In this document: positions 1 through 13,470 of the stretch, one piece after another
How positions within the stretch are numbered: the stretch's first letter is position 1
Layout of the letters: each line of letters opens with the position of its first letter
Origin: Malacoraja senta
Taxonomy: Eukaryota
Reading direction: 5' to 3'
Length of the DNA: 64,000 nt
Assembly (NCBI GenBank): GCA_038087875.1
Contig: CM075984.1
Coordinates: 41,354,001 to 41,418,000, forward strand
Program-made: the position numbers and the translations under genes
Notes under the pieces: model-generated
What the model saw: the letters and a program-made list of their open reading frames with translations, nothing else
What the model was told of the DNA's origin: nothing
Database searches by the model: none

Positions 1-1340
1 CGTTAATCTTCCTGATTTGGGTTTGGGGTGTTAATGTTCATTTAGTGGGGACCCAACCATGCGTGTGGAACACATATTCGGGTTCTGATCTTTTCTGATG
101 TTGTTTTATTTCTTTCGGTGAGGTTAAGGAACAGACAAAGACTTTCACGACGACATTCAACGTGCGGAGTGAACCTGCACTTAAACCGTACACAACAGGA
201 GGCCCTCGTTCCACTGGGAGTGCGATGTCTTTCCACGATATATATCTTAAAATGGAGCTGAAACTATGCACGATTGGTATAGCGAGCCTTTAAATCTTCC
301 ATCCACCAGCTTACGGCGTTAACGTTAAAGCGGCTGCACGGTAGAGGGGGGAAAACGTGCAACAGAACCTGAGCGAACACACAGACATTTCTATTGTATT
401 CCAGTAGCATTTCTAAACAACTTGTGTAGTCATTTTGAGGTTATTTCCAAAGTATGCAAAACACTTTTACTTTGCTTTCAGACGTGTCCTTTAGAACGAG
501 AATGCAGGACAATGTTGTGTGTTTACTGTTCCAATAAAACTGGATAAAACTGGTAGTTATAAAAAGGAGCGATTTACATAATTGATCTGACAAGAGTGTA
601 ATATTTTAGAGGATAAATGACATGCTGATTATGTATCCAGCAAACTCCACTTTTGCCGAAATCAAGGGTTGGATGGGTGTAGTTTGGATATGATAAATAC
701 GACAGATACATGGCACTAGAAGTAAAAGTGGAAAACAAATGAAACAAGACCTAACACCTGTCGCTTGCTCCTTAGAGACAGCCTAATGCTATTAATTGTT
801 TCATTCTGGCGAAGAACTGCAGCTGCTAACTGTCTGCATCATGTTCCATTTCACCTCCATATCCCAAAATAGATTTTCCTCTGAATGTAGTAGAAAGGAC
901 ATTAGAAAAAATCTTTACTTTTCTTACAATCGGCGTTATCTTCTCTTAATAAGTTTTTTTTTGCAATTAAATCTCTCCAATCAACATTTACAATGTAGTT
1001 ATCGTTTCATTTTATTGACACATCTTCCCATGAAATATTTAAAAAACACGTAGATGTGTGTTAATATCTAAAGTGTTTTCATTCCCCGAGACCTTATTGA
1101 TGTCTAAACGCAATGACAAACAATTCCTGTTTGCAGCTCCACCATCTTATGCAGTAAACAGTGAACGCAATTGTCCTCGGATTGGGGTTGTAGGGGAATT
1201 GGCCTGCAGTTGATAGCTAGCGTTTTGGAATGTGAGGACGGAGTGGTGTAATGTTTGGTTCGCCCCTCCAAGAGAGAAAAAAAAGTACAGTTCTGTTGTG
1301 TCGAATTGCATAACAAATAACTTTAAAAGTCCCATTGACT

Positions 1341-1492
1341 CACGTGGCTCGCCGGAGCCTGACAGCAGGCAGAGCGCAGTATTGAGCCCCATACAAAGCG
1401 TTGCACCACCATTGGATAAGCTAATAACCTTTAGGCGTCCTTCGGACGCGCCGCTCCCCCACCATTCAAATGCAAACGAGCGGGTATATATA
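1341..1492 (+). promoter_or_regulatory. HES6 proximal promoter: E-box CACGTG (1341-1346), reverse CCAAT (ATTGG 1411-1415), TATA-like TATATATAG (~1485-1493)
   Basis: Motifs read directly, 150-300 nt upstream of the HES6 ATG; a CAGCTG E-box also lies at 1548-1553. Confidence 0.55.
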
Positions 1493-1643
1493 GAGAGTTT
1501 GCCAACGGCAGGGTTACAGTGAATAAAAAAGGAGATTGTACGCGTACCAGCTGCCAGCAAAACGTGCTTTGGTGGGAGGACTCTTTCTTTGATTTTTTTT
1601 TAAAGAAGAAATATTTGGTAAGGTTGCTGGAATCCTTAACAAT

Positions 1644-1715
1644 ATGGCTCCAGCCTGCAAACCGGGATCTGTCAGGGATGAAGGAGACTTTTATGCAGTC
1701 AAAGAAGATCGCAAG
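1644..1715 (+). CDS. HES6: HES6 coding exon 1 (MAPACKPGSVRDEGDFYAVKEDRK)
   Basis: ATG at 1644, donor AAG|gtaca at 1716, phase 0; ends in the EDRK start of the basic region. Confidence 0.88.
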
Positions 1716-1809
1716 GTACATTTAAAAGGGCAACTTTTAATCGGGGGGCTATGCACGAGACAAAAAAAAAATTCACTCTAACCCGGGGCGTTTCTTTTGC
1801 TAACTGCAG

Positions 1810-1896
1810 ACTCGCAAGCCATTGATCGAGAAGAAGAGGCGAGCCCGCATTAACGAAAGCTTGCAAGAGCTGAGACTGATATTGGCGGATACGGAA
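1810..1896 (+). CDS. HES6: HES6 coding exon 2, basic region and helix 1 (TRKPLIEKKRRARINESLQELRLILADTE)
   Basis: tgcag acceptor, gtgagt donor; Hairy/E(spl) KP..EKKRRARIN motif with the short HES6-type loop. Confidence 0.95.
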
Positions 1897-2005
1897 GTGA
1901 GTTTTTTTTTTAAGCTGTACTGATGGGGGGGGGGGGGGAAATCCCTTCAGATTTCAGTACGTGATTTAAAAAAATAAAAATCTAAAATGTGCTAAATATT
2001 CTCAG

Positions 2006-2087
2006 CTGCAGTCGAAAATGGAGAATGCAGAGGTGCTGGAGATGACGGTGAAACGCGTCCAAAACATACTTTGCAACAGAAATGTTG
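2006..2087 (+). CDS. HES6: HES6 coding exon 3, helix 2 (LQSKMENAEVLEMTVKRVQNILCNRNV)
   Basis: ctcag acceptor, gtgagt donor, 82 nt; K-ENAEVLE is typical of HES6 (HES1 has KLEKADILE). Confidence 0.95.
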
Positions 2088-2266
2088 GTGAGTAGGCAGG
2101 GGAGTGGAAATTGCAGGGAGTTGGGAATCTATTGCAAAATATATACATGTATTGCATAAGCTTTTTTTTTTGCAGAATGCGAACAATATATTTTAATGGC
2201 AATTGTTACGATAGGAAGCTGTTTCTTTTAAGGGAAAAAAACTCTTCCTTCTCTCCTTGTTGGCAG

Positions 2267-2724
2267 AACAGGATAGGTTTAACGAGGAAGCGAATGAGAG
2301 GTTTGCAGCCGGCTACATCCAGTGCATGCACGAGGTCCACACTTTCGTTTCAAACTGTCCGGGGATCGATTCTGCCGTAGCCGCCGATTTACTGAACCAC
2401 CTCCTGGAGTCCATGCCACTGAGCGAAGACCACTTTCAGGATTTACTGGGCGAGTTGATGGCTGAGAGTAGCTCCAGTATATGGTCTGGGCCTGACGATA
2501 TGTGCCTGTTATTGGCGTCCCCCGGAGGTAGAGAACAGCTCTTCTCCCCGGCACTGTCTCCTGTATCCTCTGCCTCCAGCGATGATGCCTGCTCCGATCT
2601 GGACGACGCGGACCCGTCCACTGCTGCACCGGCACCCTTGCTGCAAGATAAAGTGGTAGACAGCTGTCGGACAGAGAACACATCCCCTGCAATGTACTCC
2701 AAGTCGGTCTGGAGGCCGTGGTAA
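2267..2724 (+). CDS. HES6: HES6 coding exon 4: Orange domain, acidic SDLDD (CK2-site-like) motif and terminal WRPW
   Basis: ggcag acceptor after a pyrimidine tract; ERFAAGYIQCMHEVHTFVS...LLNHLLESMP; ends VWRPW-TAA; four exons total 699 nt (232 aa). Confidence 0.97.
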
Positions 2725-3465
2725 TCGAACGGAGCAGGGCCGAAGAGAAGTAACAAAGCTGCCTTGTTTGGGAGCGGGCATTGGCTTTCCCATTAGGAGC
2801 CAGTTGCATGCCATCACTGCCTTCTATGAACAATATCGATCCCATAGCAAATGCAGTAATATGATTTTTTTTTTAAATGGAGAGATATGCTTAAAGAAAC
2901 TGAAAAAAATAGCACTGGGAGTAATACAATACAATTGGGCAATACCCTATTTTAAAGCTTAGCTGTGTTAGATACTATCACGAATTTCTAATTGAGGCCC
3001 TGGGTAAAGAGGTATTCGAATTTCTTAGTAACAGTAAAAAGAGTGAAACAAAGCGCTTCTACAAAGCACAACATGTAACCTTTTTTTAAAAACTTTGTTG
3101 AGGGGAAATAAAATCGTGCACACATGATTAAACATGTAAACACTCTAATTCTACTGGTTAAAAATGTTATAATCCCTTAAAGGGATTGTTTTGGAGTTAG
3201 TTTATACTGGTAACAGGGTCCACAGTATCTACCTTCAGTGAAGGAAGACTGAATTAGAATTGTGCAAAAAAAATAAGGTTAGATGTATATGTACTTATTG
3301 AGCCTAGGAGAATATCTTTTGAAAACTTGTGTACTGATTCCCCCATGCTTCTGTTCACAGTTACATTTGAAATGTCCTGCCAGCACATTAATGTGTTTTG
3401 TTTTCAATTGTGTGTATATTTGTCAGTGATGTAAGTTTGACTTTTGAGTTTTGTCATTTAAAAAA

Positions 3466-3471
3466 AATAAA
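3466..3471 (+). terminator. Candidate HES6 polyadenylation signal AATAAA (alternative at 3107-3112)
   Basis: Motif at the end of an AU-rich 3'UTR-like region; no transcript evidence. Confidence 0.4.
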
Positions 3472-4076
3472 CTTTTACCACTTTTAAATGGCTGTCTACT
3501 AAATTACACATGCTGCCACCTTCCTGCACCGTTAATGGTAACTTTACAATTTATGTTAACAATGCATCTTTTTAAACATGAAATGGTATTCATAATTTGT
3601 ATTACTGCTAAGAGCACCTTTTTTTAAAACCTTTTTTTAATGTCCCAAGATGTTTCATTGGAGCAGTAATAAACAATATTTAACACCAACCTTTTGAAGG
3701 AAATATTAAGGCAAATGACCAAAACTCTTGGTCAGAGACATTAATTTTAATGAACATGTAAAGTATATGGCAAAATTAGGGAGGGGATTCCAGAGGCTTT
3801 TGGACTTGACTACATTATTGGGACCTATATTGTTCGCACTGTATATTATACAAAATCTGCCATAGGAGGATAGAATTGCATCCCTCTTGGTTCTCATGCC
3901 AATTGCTCCACCACAACTATTGTATGATATATTGGGTGCATGTATTCATGATGGACTTAGCCCTCCATATATGGTTTAACAGAAAACAAAACTTTCAAAA
4001 TCTTCTGGATATAATAATATGAATAAAAGTAATACAAGATTTGAATATGGTGGGTAACCAAATTACTAAGTTCCAA

Positions 4077-4290
4077 GTGTGTAAGAAGGAACTGCAGATG
4101 CTGGTTTACATTGACGATAGACACAAAATGCTGGAGTAACTCAGTGGGTCAGGCAGCATCTCTGGAGAAAAGGAATAGCTGATGTTTTGGGTTGACAGTC
4201 TTCATCAGACTACTGTGTATTCCTAAGTATTCCTTTTCTCCAGAGATGCTGCCTGACCCACCGAGTTACTCCAGCATTTTGTGTCTATCT
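4077..4290. mobile_element. Fold-back (palindromic) repeat element, probably derived from Penelope pseudo-LTRs
   Basis: Arm GACACAAAATGCTGGAGTAACTC..GGCAGCATCTCTGGAGAAAAGGAATA and its reverse complement flank a short spacer; the family recurs about 20 times in the window. Confidence 0.7.
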
Positions 4291-5929
4291 ACTAGGTTGT
4301 AAGATCAGCTATAGCATTTCCCAAATAATTCCTCCAGGAACAAGTTGATGATTATTCAAATAAAATCTTGAGTCAGAAATGGGAAATAATTAAAGTATAA
4401 CATTCATGTCAATAAGTTGCAAAAATCTGTTGATTGAATCAGCTGCGATTTATGTCACATTATTTGGAAGAAAGGACACTGCAAATTATTAGTGTGTGAG
4501 TGTACACTATTCTGGGGTGCAATAACATTGTGACTTTTGTCTCAATTCAAAGATTTGGTTGTGAATTGGCACAAAAGATTTGTCAACTCTAATGTCAGTC
4601 TGATTCACAGTGGACAATAGCAACTGTATTCTGCAAAACCAGCCAATGATTATTTGATGTTAGTTTGAAAGTAAGACTTTAAAAGCTAGTCTGTATTTCA
4701 AAGGTTTTGGGAAGTTTGTTTTGACTAAATTTAAAGAGTAAAGCACTTCAGGAGACCAAAGGCTGTGGTTGGCATTATATGAATGCAAGTCGATTTACCT
4801 GGATTACTAATGCAATTTGTATAAATGTTTTGTATGTTTGAATATTCAGTGAAAATAAAGAGTCATACCTGATCTCTTTGTTGTCCATGTCTGTGTGCAT
4901 CTGAGAATAATTGTTTTTGGATGTTTTTTTGGGTGCCCTTGGTGAGATGTGCCATTGGTATTACAAGTATAATCTTCCATTTGCATATTACATCTTGAAT
5001 AATTGGTAAAAAGTGTACTACCTCAGTTTTAAGGAGGTAAATTTGGTAGATAGAACACAAAACTTCAGTGCAATACACATTTGTTCTACACCGCGTGGTG
5101 TTTTCTTTAAATTTTTGCATGCATTTAAAATTTGAAACTTGCACCTGCTTTTATAGCCAGTTGCATAGAAATATCATTTTAAGCATTTATGAATAACACA
5201 GTGATACCAAGGGGAGAAATTGGAGATTGAAAGCTCTGAATTATAACCAGCCAGAAATACATATTCTCATGATGGCTGACAAAAATTATTAATGCAGTAA
5301 CCTAATGTTTTGGTTCTTGTAAATTGACATGTGAGATAAGGAGAGACTTTATAGAATTCCTAGTATGGAGGTTACAGAGAAGGCTATCCTTGGGTTTAAT
5401 AAAGACAAAGGATCTTATATTAAAAGCTTACACCTGTTTTTATCATAGTCGTACAGCATAGAAACAGGCCCTTCAGCCCAACTTGCCCATGCCAACCAAC
5501 ATGTCCCAACTACACTAGTCCCAACTGCCTGCATTTGGGCCTTATCCCTCTAAACCTATCCTATCCATGTACCTGTCGAAATGTTTCTTAAACATTGTGA
5601 TGGTACCTGCCTCAACTATCTCCTCTGGCAGCTCGTAGCATACACCTACCACACTTTATGTAAAAAGTTGCCTCCAGGTTCCTATGAAATCTCCCCCCCC
5701 CCCCCCTCATCTTTGATCAATATCCCCTGTTTCTCTATTCCCCTACTCTGGGTAAAAGACCCACATTAAAAAGTCCAATTGGACTCTGCATTAGTATTCT
5801 GACTTAATATTTGATATTTAATTAAATGCTCGGTCAGGAAGGTAGGTTATGATAATTACGAATAGGAGAAATTGAGAAGAATTTAGAGTGGAGCAAGTGA
5901 GCTCATGATGTAGACAACTGAAGAAAGGA

Positions 5930-6140
5930 GATAATGAGGAATTTCTTTAGTCAGGGTGGTGGATCTGTGGAATTCATTGCCACAGATGTCTGGAGGCCAA
6001 GTGATTGGGTATTTTTTAAAGCGGAGATTGGTAAGGGTGTCGAGGAAGAAGAATGGGGTTGAGAGGGAAAAATAGATCAGCCATGATTGAATGGTTGTGG
6101 AGGCTCGATGGGCTGAATGACCTACTACTGCTCCTATGAC
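5930..6140 (+). mobile_element. CR1-type LINE 3' fragment
   Basis: Same 3' sequence as the 46075-46638 copy (TGTGGAATTC...GATCAGCCATGA...GGCTCGA.GGGC.GAATG.CCTACT.CTGC). Confidence 0.6.
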
Positions 6141-7129
6141 TTTTGCATTTACGAACTGAAAGCACAGCCACCAATAACAATGATGAACATGGGGGAAAAC
6201 TGGTTGAGTTCAGTGGAGTGGAGAAAGTTACAGATACAGAGGACGATGTGTACATGGAGCAATTAAAAATGAATATTAAAAAAAAAATAAAGATATTATC
6301 AAACGGGAACCAAATACAAGGTTGAAAGCATCATGATGGTGGGTGACCACGACTTGATGATAGTAATCTCTTTCTTTACGATCACCAAAAACCTTGCAGT
6401 CACAGGGGAAATTTTCAAAATCCATACAGATAGCACTCCAAGTTAAGATCAAAACTGGATTTTTGGAGTTGAGTGTCAGCACTGTTAACTGGTGTGCCAT
6501 TGTGCCACTCAGTAATTCTAATTCATAAGATCATAAGACATAGGAGCAGAATTGGATCATTCAGCCCATTGAGTCTGCTCCGCCATTCGATCATATATTT
6601 TTCCCTCTCAACCCCATTCTCCGGCCTTCTCACCTTAACCTTTGATGCCCTTACTAGTCAAGAACCCATCAATCTCTGTTTTTAAATATAGCCAATGACT
6701 TGGCCTCCACGGCCATCCATGGCAATGACTTCCACAGATTCACCACCCCAATTCATATATCTAATTCATATTTAGAAATTACTTACAATTCATTATTTGC
6801 AACTTAACCATTGATCAATTTAAATACTTCTTCCATAAAAGGGAATCCCTAAATGCATAAAGAAATACAATTTATCAAGGCAAATATACAGATTGGCACA
6901 TTATCATGTATGCATGGAGGTACCTATTTTATTAATTGATTTTAATTGCTCATTCTTTCTGACTGTAACACAATTTGAGCAGAACATCATAAAATCATCC
7001 TTTATCCGTACACTGTGGATGGCTTGATTTTATTCATGTATAGCCTTTTCTTTGAACAGATAGCAGACAAAAAGCTTTTCACTGTGCACGAGACAACAAT
7101 AAACTAAAATAAAATAAACTAAACTTTGA

Positions 7130-7415
7130 GTGGCACAGTGGCGCAGCAGTGTAGTTGCCGCCTTACAGCGCCAGAGGCCCGGGTTCGATCCTGACTACGG
7201 CAGGTACTGGGTTTTCTCAGGGAGCTCCGGTTTCTTCCCACACTCCAAAGGTTTGTAGGTTAATTGGCTTCAGTAAAAAAAATAGTAAATTGTCCCTGGT
7301 GTGTAGGATTGTGCTAGTGTATGAGATAATTGCTGGTTGGCACAGTCTCGGTGGACCGAAGGACCTGTTTCTGCTGTGTATCTCTAAAGTCTAAACTAAC
7401 TAAACTAAACTAAAC
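7130..7415 (+). mobile_element. HE1-like tRNA-derived V-SINE
   Basis: A-box TGGCGCAGCAG, B-box GGTTCGATCC, V-domain (CCGGTTTCTTCCCACACTCCAAAG), (TAAAC)n tail. Confidence 0.85.
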
Positions 7416-9552
7416 ATTAAGCACTGTATACTTATGGCAATTGTATCATTCCCTCACAGTGCTAAGGAGAGTTTACATGGCAAAAAATAATGTTATGCTC
7501 GGAGAAACTATCTTGAAACCAACCATTTAAAGCTGAATGCAAATACAGGAAAAGATGTGTCATCTGTGAATGGTCAGGTCCCCATTAGAAGAATGGTTGT
7601 TTTTACATCAAAGGCCCGACTTCAATTCATTGCATTAAAGAACCTCTTCACCCTGTCTTTTGTAAAGCTATCACCTTGTCTTGTCCTTGACAAAACGTGC
7701 CAATATTGACACCGATTTTGAAACAAGTGTTAGGGGACAGTAGAGAAACTAGATTATCCTGCCAGGATTCTGTTAAATGGACAAGGGGTGTAGGTACTCC
7801 GTATGATCAGGAGGAAAGAATCACTTGTTTTTAAAAGAAAAGAAGAACTTTACTGCTTCCAACTCACGAGACACTAAACTTCTTGCTGCTTCTGTTTTCT
7901 CAATGTTTGGCTGAAGTCAGTTGGGGAAGACTTTTGACTCATTGAATTAGAGAGAAGCATTTTCTGTTGGGTTCACGAGAGGAGACATAGACAGCATACC
8001 CTCCCCCTCTCCAATTCTGTGGCCGTTTATAAGAAGAGTGAAATTCCCTTATTTTTATTCCACCCATTCCCTTCAAAGTCATTTCAATCTGACTGCAGTA
8101 AACAGATGTCCCTTTTGTGTCGCTTGCACCATAAATTTCTAAGAATTGATGAAAAAAAGAGGCTCTATAGCTTTCCAATGCAATACTTCACACAGTTATA
8201 TATTAAATGTCTCCCTGCTGTCTGATTTACTGCAGTTCCACCACAGTATGATTTTTACAAACTAACTTTAAAAAAAAATTGCGATGAAAAAGTATTCTTA
8301 GGCTACATTGTTCTTGTTTATCCAGAAAAGCTTGACCTGTTAATCAAATGGTGGCAACTTAAAATTCCTGACAGCATAATTCTGTTAACTTTTATTGAAA
8401 GCACAGTAATCGATTAGAAGCACCTAATAATAATTATCTTTATTTTTTCTCCATCAGTTAATGCACCGCAATTAGTTAAATGGTTGAAAATATCAGCAGT
8501 CCAGTCGTGAAAATAATTTGAAGAAAAAGCACACAATACCAAATTCAGGAGAAATGCTGGAACAACTCAGCGAGTCAGACAGCATCTCTGGAGAAAAGAA
8601 GCAGATGACATTTTGGGTCGGAATCCTTCTTCAGACTGAAGAAGGGTTCCTTCCCGAAACGTCTTTGGTATAAACCAGCATCTGCAGTTCCTTCCTACAC
8701 AAGATTTCGGAGAGCTGATTTACCGCTGAGACTCTGCCAATGTTGGTATTGTCAGTTATTTCCCAAATTTGCCCATGGAGCAAGGAAAATGTGATATCGT
8801 ACGTCACCCATACATTGCCACAATGTCCAAATTATGTGAGTCTGATGTCAAGGCAGATGGACACAGTGTTTGCAAACAAAATATAACTAACAAGCTTACA
8901 ATGGAACGCAGTAGCTGTTGGGCAAATGACATACACCAAAAACAACTATAGTACCAGAATGTATCCAGTAAGGAATGAATGCTTCACTGATACTTTATTG
9001 TCACATGTACCTAGGTACAGTGAAATTATTTTGTTGCATACAGTTCAGTAACAATCCTACAGTACATTAGGCACAATCATACTAAGTTCAAGAGTGTAAG
9101 ATAGCGGATCACACAGAGTCAGTACACAAGAGTGGCCATGTTTCAGGCACCATCTTTTACTCTTCAAATCCTAGTTTTTTGCTAGAGTCTTATCTTGGCC
9201 ATAAAGGTATGTAATAGCACAGTAATGAAACTTATCTGCTTTCGAGGGCCTGTGAAGAAAAACATTATATTTTATAGAAAATGATTTCCTATGGTTTAAC
9301 TATGCTGTCACGGATCTCTTGGTTGTTTTTTTTCTAATGTCAAAACCAACATGTAGCAATGTGGAAGAATTAACTGTAGCAGTTGTAGAAATTGAAAACA
9401 ATTTCCATCATTGAAGCACAAGAGACTGCATATGCTGGAATATGGCACAACAAACAGTCTGCTGGAGGAACTCAGTGGGTCCAGCTGCATTTGTAGGTGG
9501 GGGGACGGAATTAGGATGCAGGGTTTTGACTCACAATGTCGCCCACTCTGTA

Positions 9553-9801
9553 GAAACAAAGAATTGCAGATGCTGGTTAATGCACAAAAGGACACAAAGT
9601 GCTGGAGTAACTCAGCCTGTCAGGCGGCATCTCTGGAAAACATGAATAGGTGACGCTTCGGGTTGAGGCTCTCTTTCACACTTCGGTCTACACTCAAAAT
9701 GTCTCCTGTCCATGTTCTCCAGAGATGCTCTCCGACCTGCTGAGTTGCTCCAGCACTTTGTATACTTTTGCATATTAACCAGCATCTGCAATTCTTTGTT
9801 T
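9553..9801. mobile_element. Fold-back repeat element with long inverted arms
   Basis: GAAACAAAGAATTGCAGATGCTGGTTAAT... mirrored by ...ATTAACCAGCATCTGCAATTCTTTGTTTC. Confidence 0.75.
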
Positions 9802-12107
9802 CTTCAATTATACAACATCAGCTGAGCGGTTGCTGTGGGATGTGAACGACAGCACTATCGCAGGTCGACATGTCCGTGGAGTGGGCTGCTGGAGGCCCTG
9901 CAGCAGCCAGGGAATCGCATGGATCAGGTGCCATTGGAGGTCCCACAGAGGTCGGATGAGCAGGTGGACAGGACCAGCCTGCAGTGGCATGAAGCGACGG
10001 AGCAGTGGTGGAGGGTATTGACATCTCCATGCCAATCCCTACATCACTAACCCAGTGCTATTGTTAGGACAATGGGCCATTATGCCCAAAATAAGACATT
10101 ACATTTTTAACAACTTTGAAACTTTAAGGATACAAGATGGCGCTGGAAATGCAGTGACTCTTGCCTCAGTCTGAAAACGGGTCCGGACCTGAAATATCAC
10201 CTATCCATACTACTCCAGAGATACTGTCTGACCCACTGAGTTACTCCAGCACTTTGTGATCTTTTGTGTAAACCAGCATCTGCAGTTCCTCGTTTCTACA
10301 AAGTCACAAGGCTGACACAAAGCCTCACTACACTGCAAGTACTGAAAAATTAAAATAACAACTTACAGCTTGACGGTTGGACTTTTGAGAGGAAGAGCAG
10401 TGTTAATGTTTCAAATCAATGATCTTCCATCAGTACTAATCTCATGGCTTTGCTAACATGAATTATGGAAATAACATTCAAAGCAGTTTGTAAGAATTAA
10501 TTAGCAGGATCCCAAAATACGAATGTTAAGTGCTGTGGTCCAACAGTGGCTTGGTAAGTTTATGCGATGTGGCACTTTGTTAGGTTTATGTAAGATCAAC
10601 TCTGGTGAAGACAAAGGACATGGAAATCTGAAGAAGGGTCTCGACCCAAAATGTCACCCATTATTTCTCTCCAGAGATGCTGCCTGTCCCGCTGAGTTAC
10701 TCCACATTTTTGTGTCTATCTTCGGTTTAAACTAGCATCTGCAGTTCCTTCTAACACATATGTAATAGGTGTCAGTGCCTACAAAAAAGGATTAAAACAA
10801 AGTTGCTGATTAGTTTTGAGCAACTGTTGCTGAAAATGGAATGGAAATATCAATAGAAATAGAAAATATCACTTAATCCATAATATGATTATGGACACAG
10901 TTTGACAAAATTAAATTGAATACTTTATAGTCACATGTGACAAGTCACAGTGAAATTCTTTGCTTACATACCCAAGGTATGCAAATAGTTGCCACATAAA
11001 GGGCGCTGACAATGTGACAAAGTATCCCACGCCGGGTCCTCCTTTGTTCTCCCTCCCACACCCCCCCCCCCTCACCCCCTCCAACAACAGTTTCCCTTCG
11101 CTCCAGGTCCACCTTTGTTCTCCTAACTTCTAACAAAAGTTGTTGAGAAATTTCAGACCAGTCTCGCGAGGGTGTAACACTTCCAACATTTTAAGAAACA
11201 GAAGAAGAAAACATTTGAGAAAGAAACTTGTTTTCAGTACATTTAAGTACAATAATCAACAGCGTTCAAACTTTTTAAGGTGCTATTATTTATTCAAATA
11301 TTTCAAAACAAATATTATTATCATTTATGTAACTTTTTGACTGGATAATATATAATTGGGGTAATTGGTATAAAAGACAAGTATATTGAAATTCAGAGCA
11401 AAAGGGACAATTGAACACTTAAATTTAAAATTAGACACAAGGAGGCCATTTAGCCCATTGCGTTTGTGTCATCCCTCAGAAGATCAACTCCCCTTTAATT
11501 CCTTTCGCCACTAACGTACACTAAGTGGTAATCTACCAATTATCCTACCACCATGTCTTTGAAATGTAGGAGAAAACTGGTGCACCTGTGGTCATGGAGG
11601 AAACGTGCAAACTGTACAGGCAGCACCTGAGTTGGGATCAAACCTGGATATCTGGAGCTGTGAGGCAACAGTACTAACTACTGTACCAATGTGCACCTAT
11701 CTTAGTTCAATGCCATCTGGAATATTGGAATATCTACTCCAATAAAAAAGTTACTATCTTTGTATGAACTTTAGCTGCCCTGTGATACAGATGAAAGACT
11801 TCTGTACACAACATTTGAGTTTCTTGTTCCAGTTTCCTCCCTCTTCTCCAAATGAAAATACAATTCCATGGTATACAGTACATTCAAGGGACCATTCTAC
11901 ACATGAAAACAGACCATCTACCAAAAATTCTGCTTAACTATTCCCCTTTTGGATATCAAACACGTGCCATCATTAGCATTTCAGGGGAAGCACTGATGGT
12001 GGCACATAGAGTCATAGGGTCATCGAGTCATACGGCGCAGAAAAGGGCCCTTCAGCACAAATTGCACATGCCAACCAATATGCCCAATCTACGCTAGTCT
12101 CACCTTT

Positions 12108-12408
12108 TTATAGTTTAGTTTAAAGATACAGAGAGGAAACAGCCCACTGAGTCTGCACCGACCAGCGATCCCTGTACACTATCACTATCCTACACACTAG
12201 GGACAATTTACAATTTTTATCGAAGATAATTAACCTACAAACCTGTATATCTTTTCAGTGTGGGTGGAAACTGGATAACCCGGGGAAAACCCACTCAATG
12301 ATGGGGAGAACGCACAAACTCTGTACAGACAACACCCATAGTCAGGATTGATCCTGGGTCTCTGGCGCTGTATGACTGCAACTCTACTGCTACGCCATCG
12401 TGCCGCCC
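12108..12408 (-). mobile_element. HE1-like SINE nested in a CR1 3' fragment (host about 12005-12105 and 12409-12670)
   Basis: Reverse complement of the SINE consensus; the flanks join up to match the CR1 tail seen at 5450-5760. Confidence 0.7.
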
Positions 12409-13206
12409 CTGCCCACGTTTGGCCTATATCCTCTAAACCTTTCTTATCCATGTACCTATTATTATTATTATCCAATGTTCTTTAAATGTTGTCATAGTAC
12501 TTGTCTCAACTACCTTCTCCGACAGTTCATGCCACATACCTACCACCCTCTGTGTGAAAATAATTCCCCTCTCACCTTAAATCAATGTCCTCTGCTTCTT
12601 GATTCCCCTACTCTGGGTAAAAGACTGTGCTTGCATCCTATCTATTCCCCTCATGATCTTATACACATGCATGATATTAAAAATTAGGACAGTCAAGCAA
12701 CAATCTGAAAAATAATAATGACCATGGTTAACTTTTCACTCCCACGGGGATTTCTGAGGGTTAATTCTCACAGGGATTTTACTTGGTCTGCTGATTACTG
12801 AGTTTCTAGCTAAACCAGACCAGGATGTTGCAAAAAGTAGAACCACTATTGTAATCTTGGGTTGGTGGGAGGAGGGATATTTAAAAACAAATTGTAAATA
12901 TGTACAATAAGAAGATTAGGAGATTGAAAAGTACTGGAGTAACTCAGCGGGTCAAGTAGCATCTCTGGAGAAGATGGATAGGTGATGTTTCCGGTCAGGA
13001 TCCTTCCTGCTGAGTTAGTCCAGCACTTTGTGTCTTATATTTAGAGACACGTTATTTAAATGTAAGAACTATGTATTAACAACAGAGCAAACAGATCTTA
13101 TTGTGTAGGAAGGAACTGCAGATGCTGGTTTACACTGTAGACATGAAATGCTGGAGTAACTCAGCGGAATAGGCAGCATCTCTGGAAAGGAGGAATGGGT
13201 GACATT

Positions 13207-13367
13207 TCTGCTCTACGACCTGGGTAGGTGCTGCCTCTACCCCCTCCCCCTCCCGCTCCACCCCCCCCCCCTCTCTAGCTGTGCCTGCGCAGTTGGGGGT
13301 TATGCGTGAAAGGATAGGGCGGGGGATGGGGTAAAAGGAGCGAATGAATAATATTAATATAATATGG

Positions 13368-13408
<41 letters not shown>

Positions 13409-13470
13409 CGCCGAAGGCCGCCCCCCGCAACGTTGAGGGGACGGGACCCAGTGGGTCCCTCTTGGTCTAG
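13207..13470 (+). mobile_element. Putative non-autonomous Helitron containing a (GT)n microsatellite (13371-13407)
   Basis: Hairpin GGGACCCA-G-TGGGTCCC (13443-13459), then CTAG (13467-13470) 7 nt later, then T; the 5' boundary is approximate. Confidence 0.5.

Noticed and set aside
38-271. Minus-strand ORF containing VVKVFVCSLTSPKEIKQHQ, loosely like an SH3BGR-family N-terminus
   Set aside because: No in-frame ATG at the expected place, no splice donor after the motif and an early stop; most likely chance.
2279-2845. 188-aa antisense ORF over HES6 exon 4; likewise antisense ORFs over PER2 exons 2 and 19
   Set aside because: Shadow ORFs of real coding exons.
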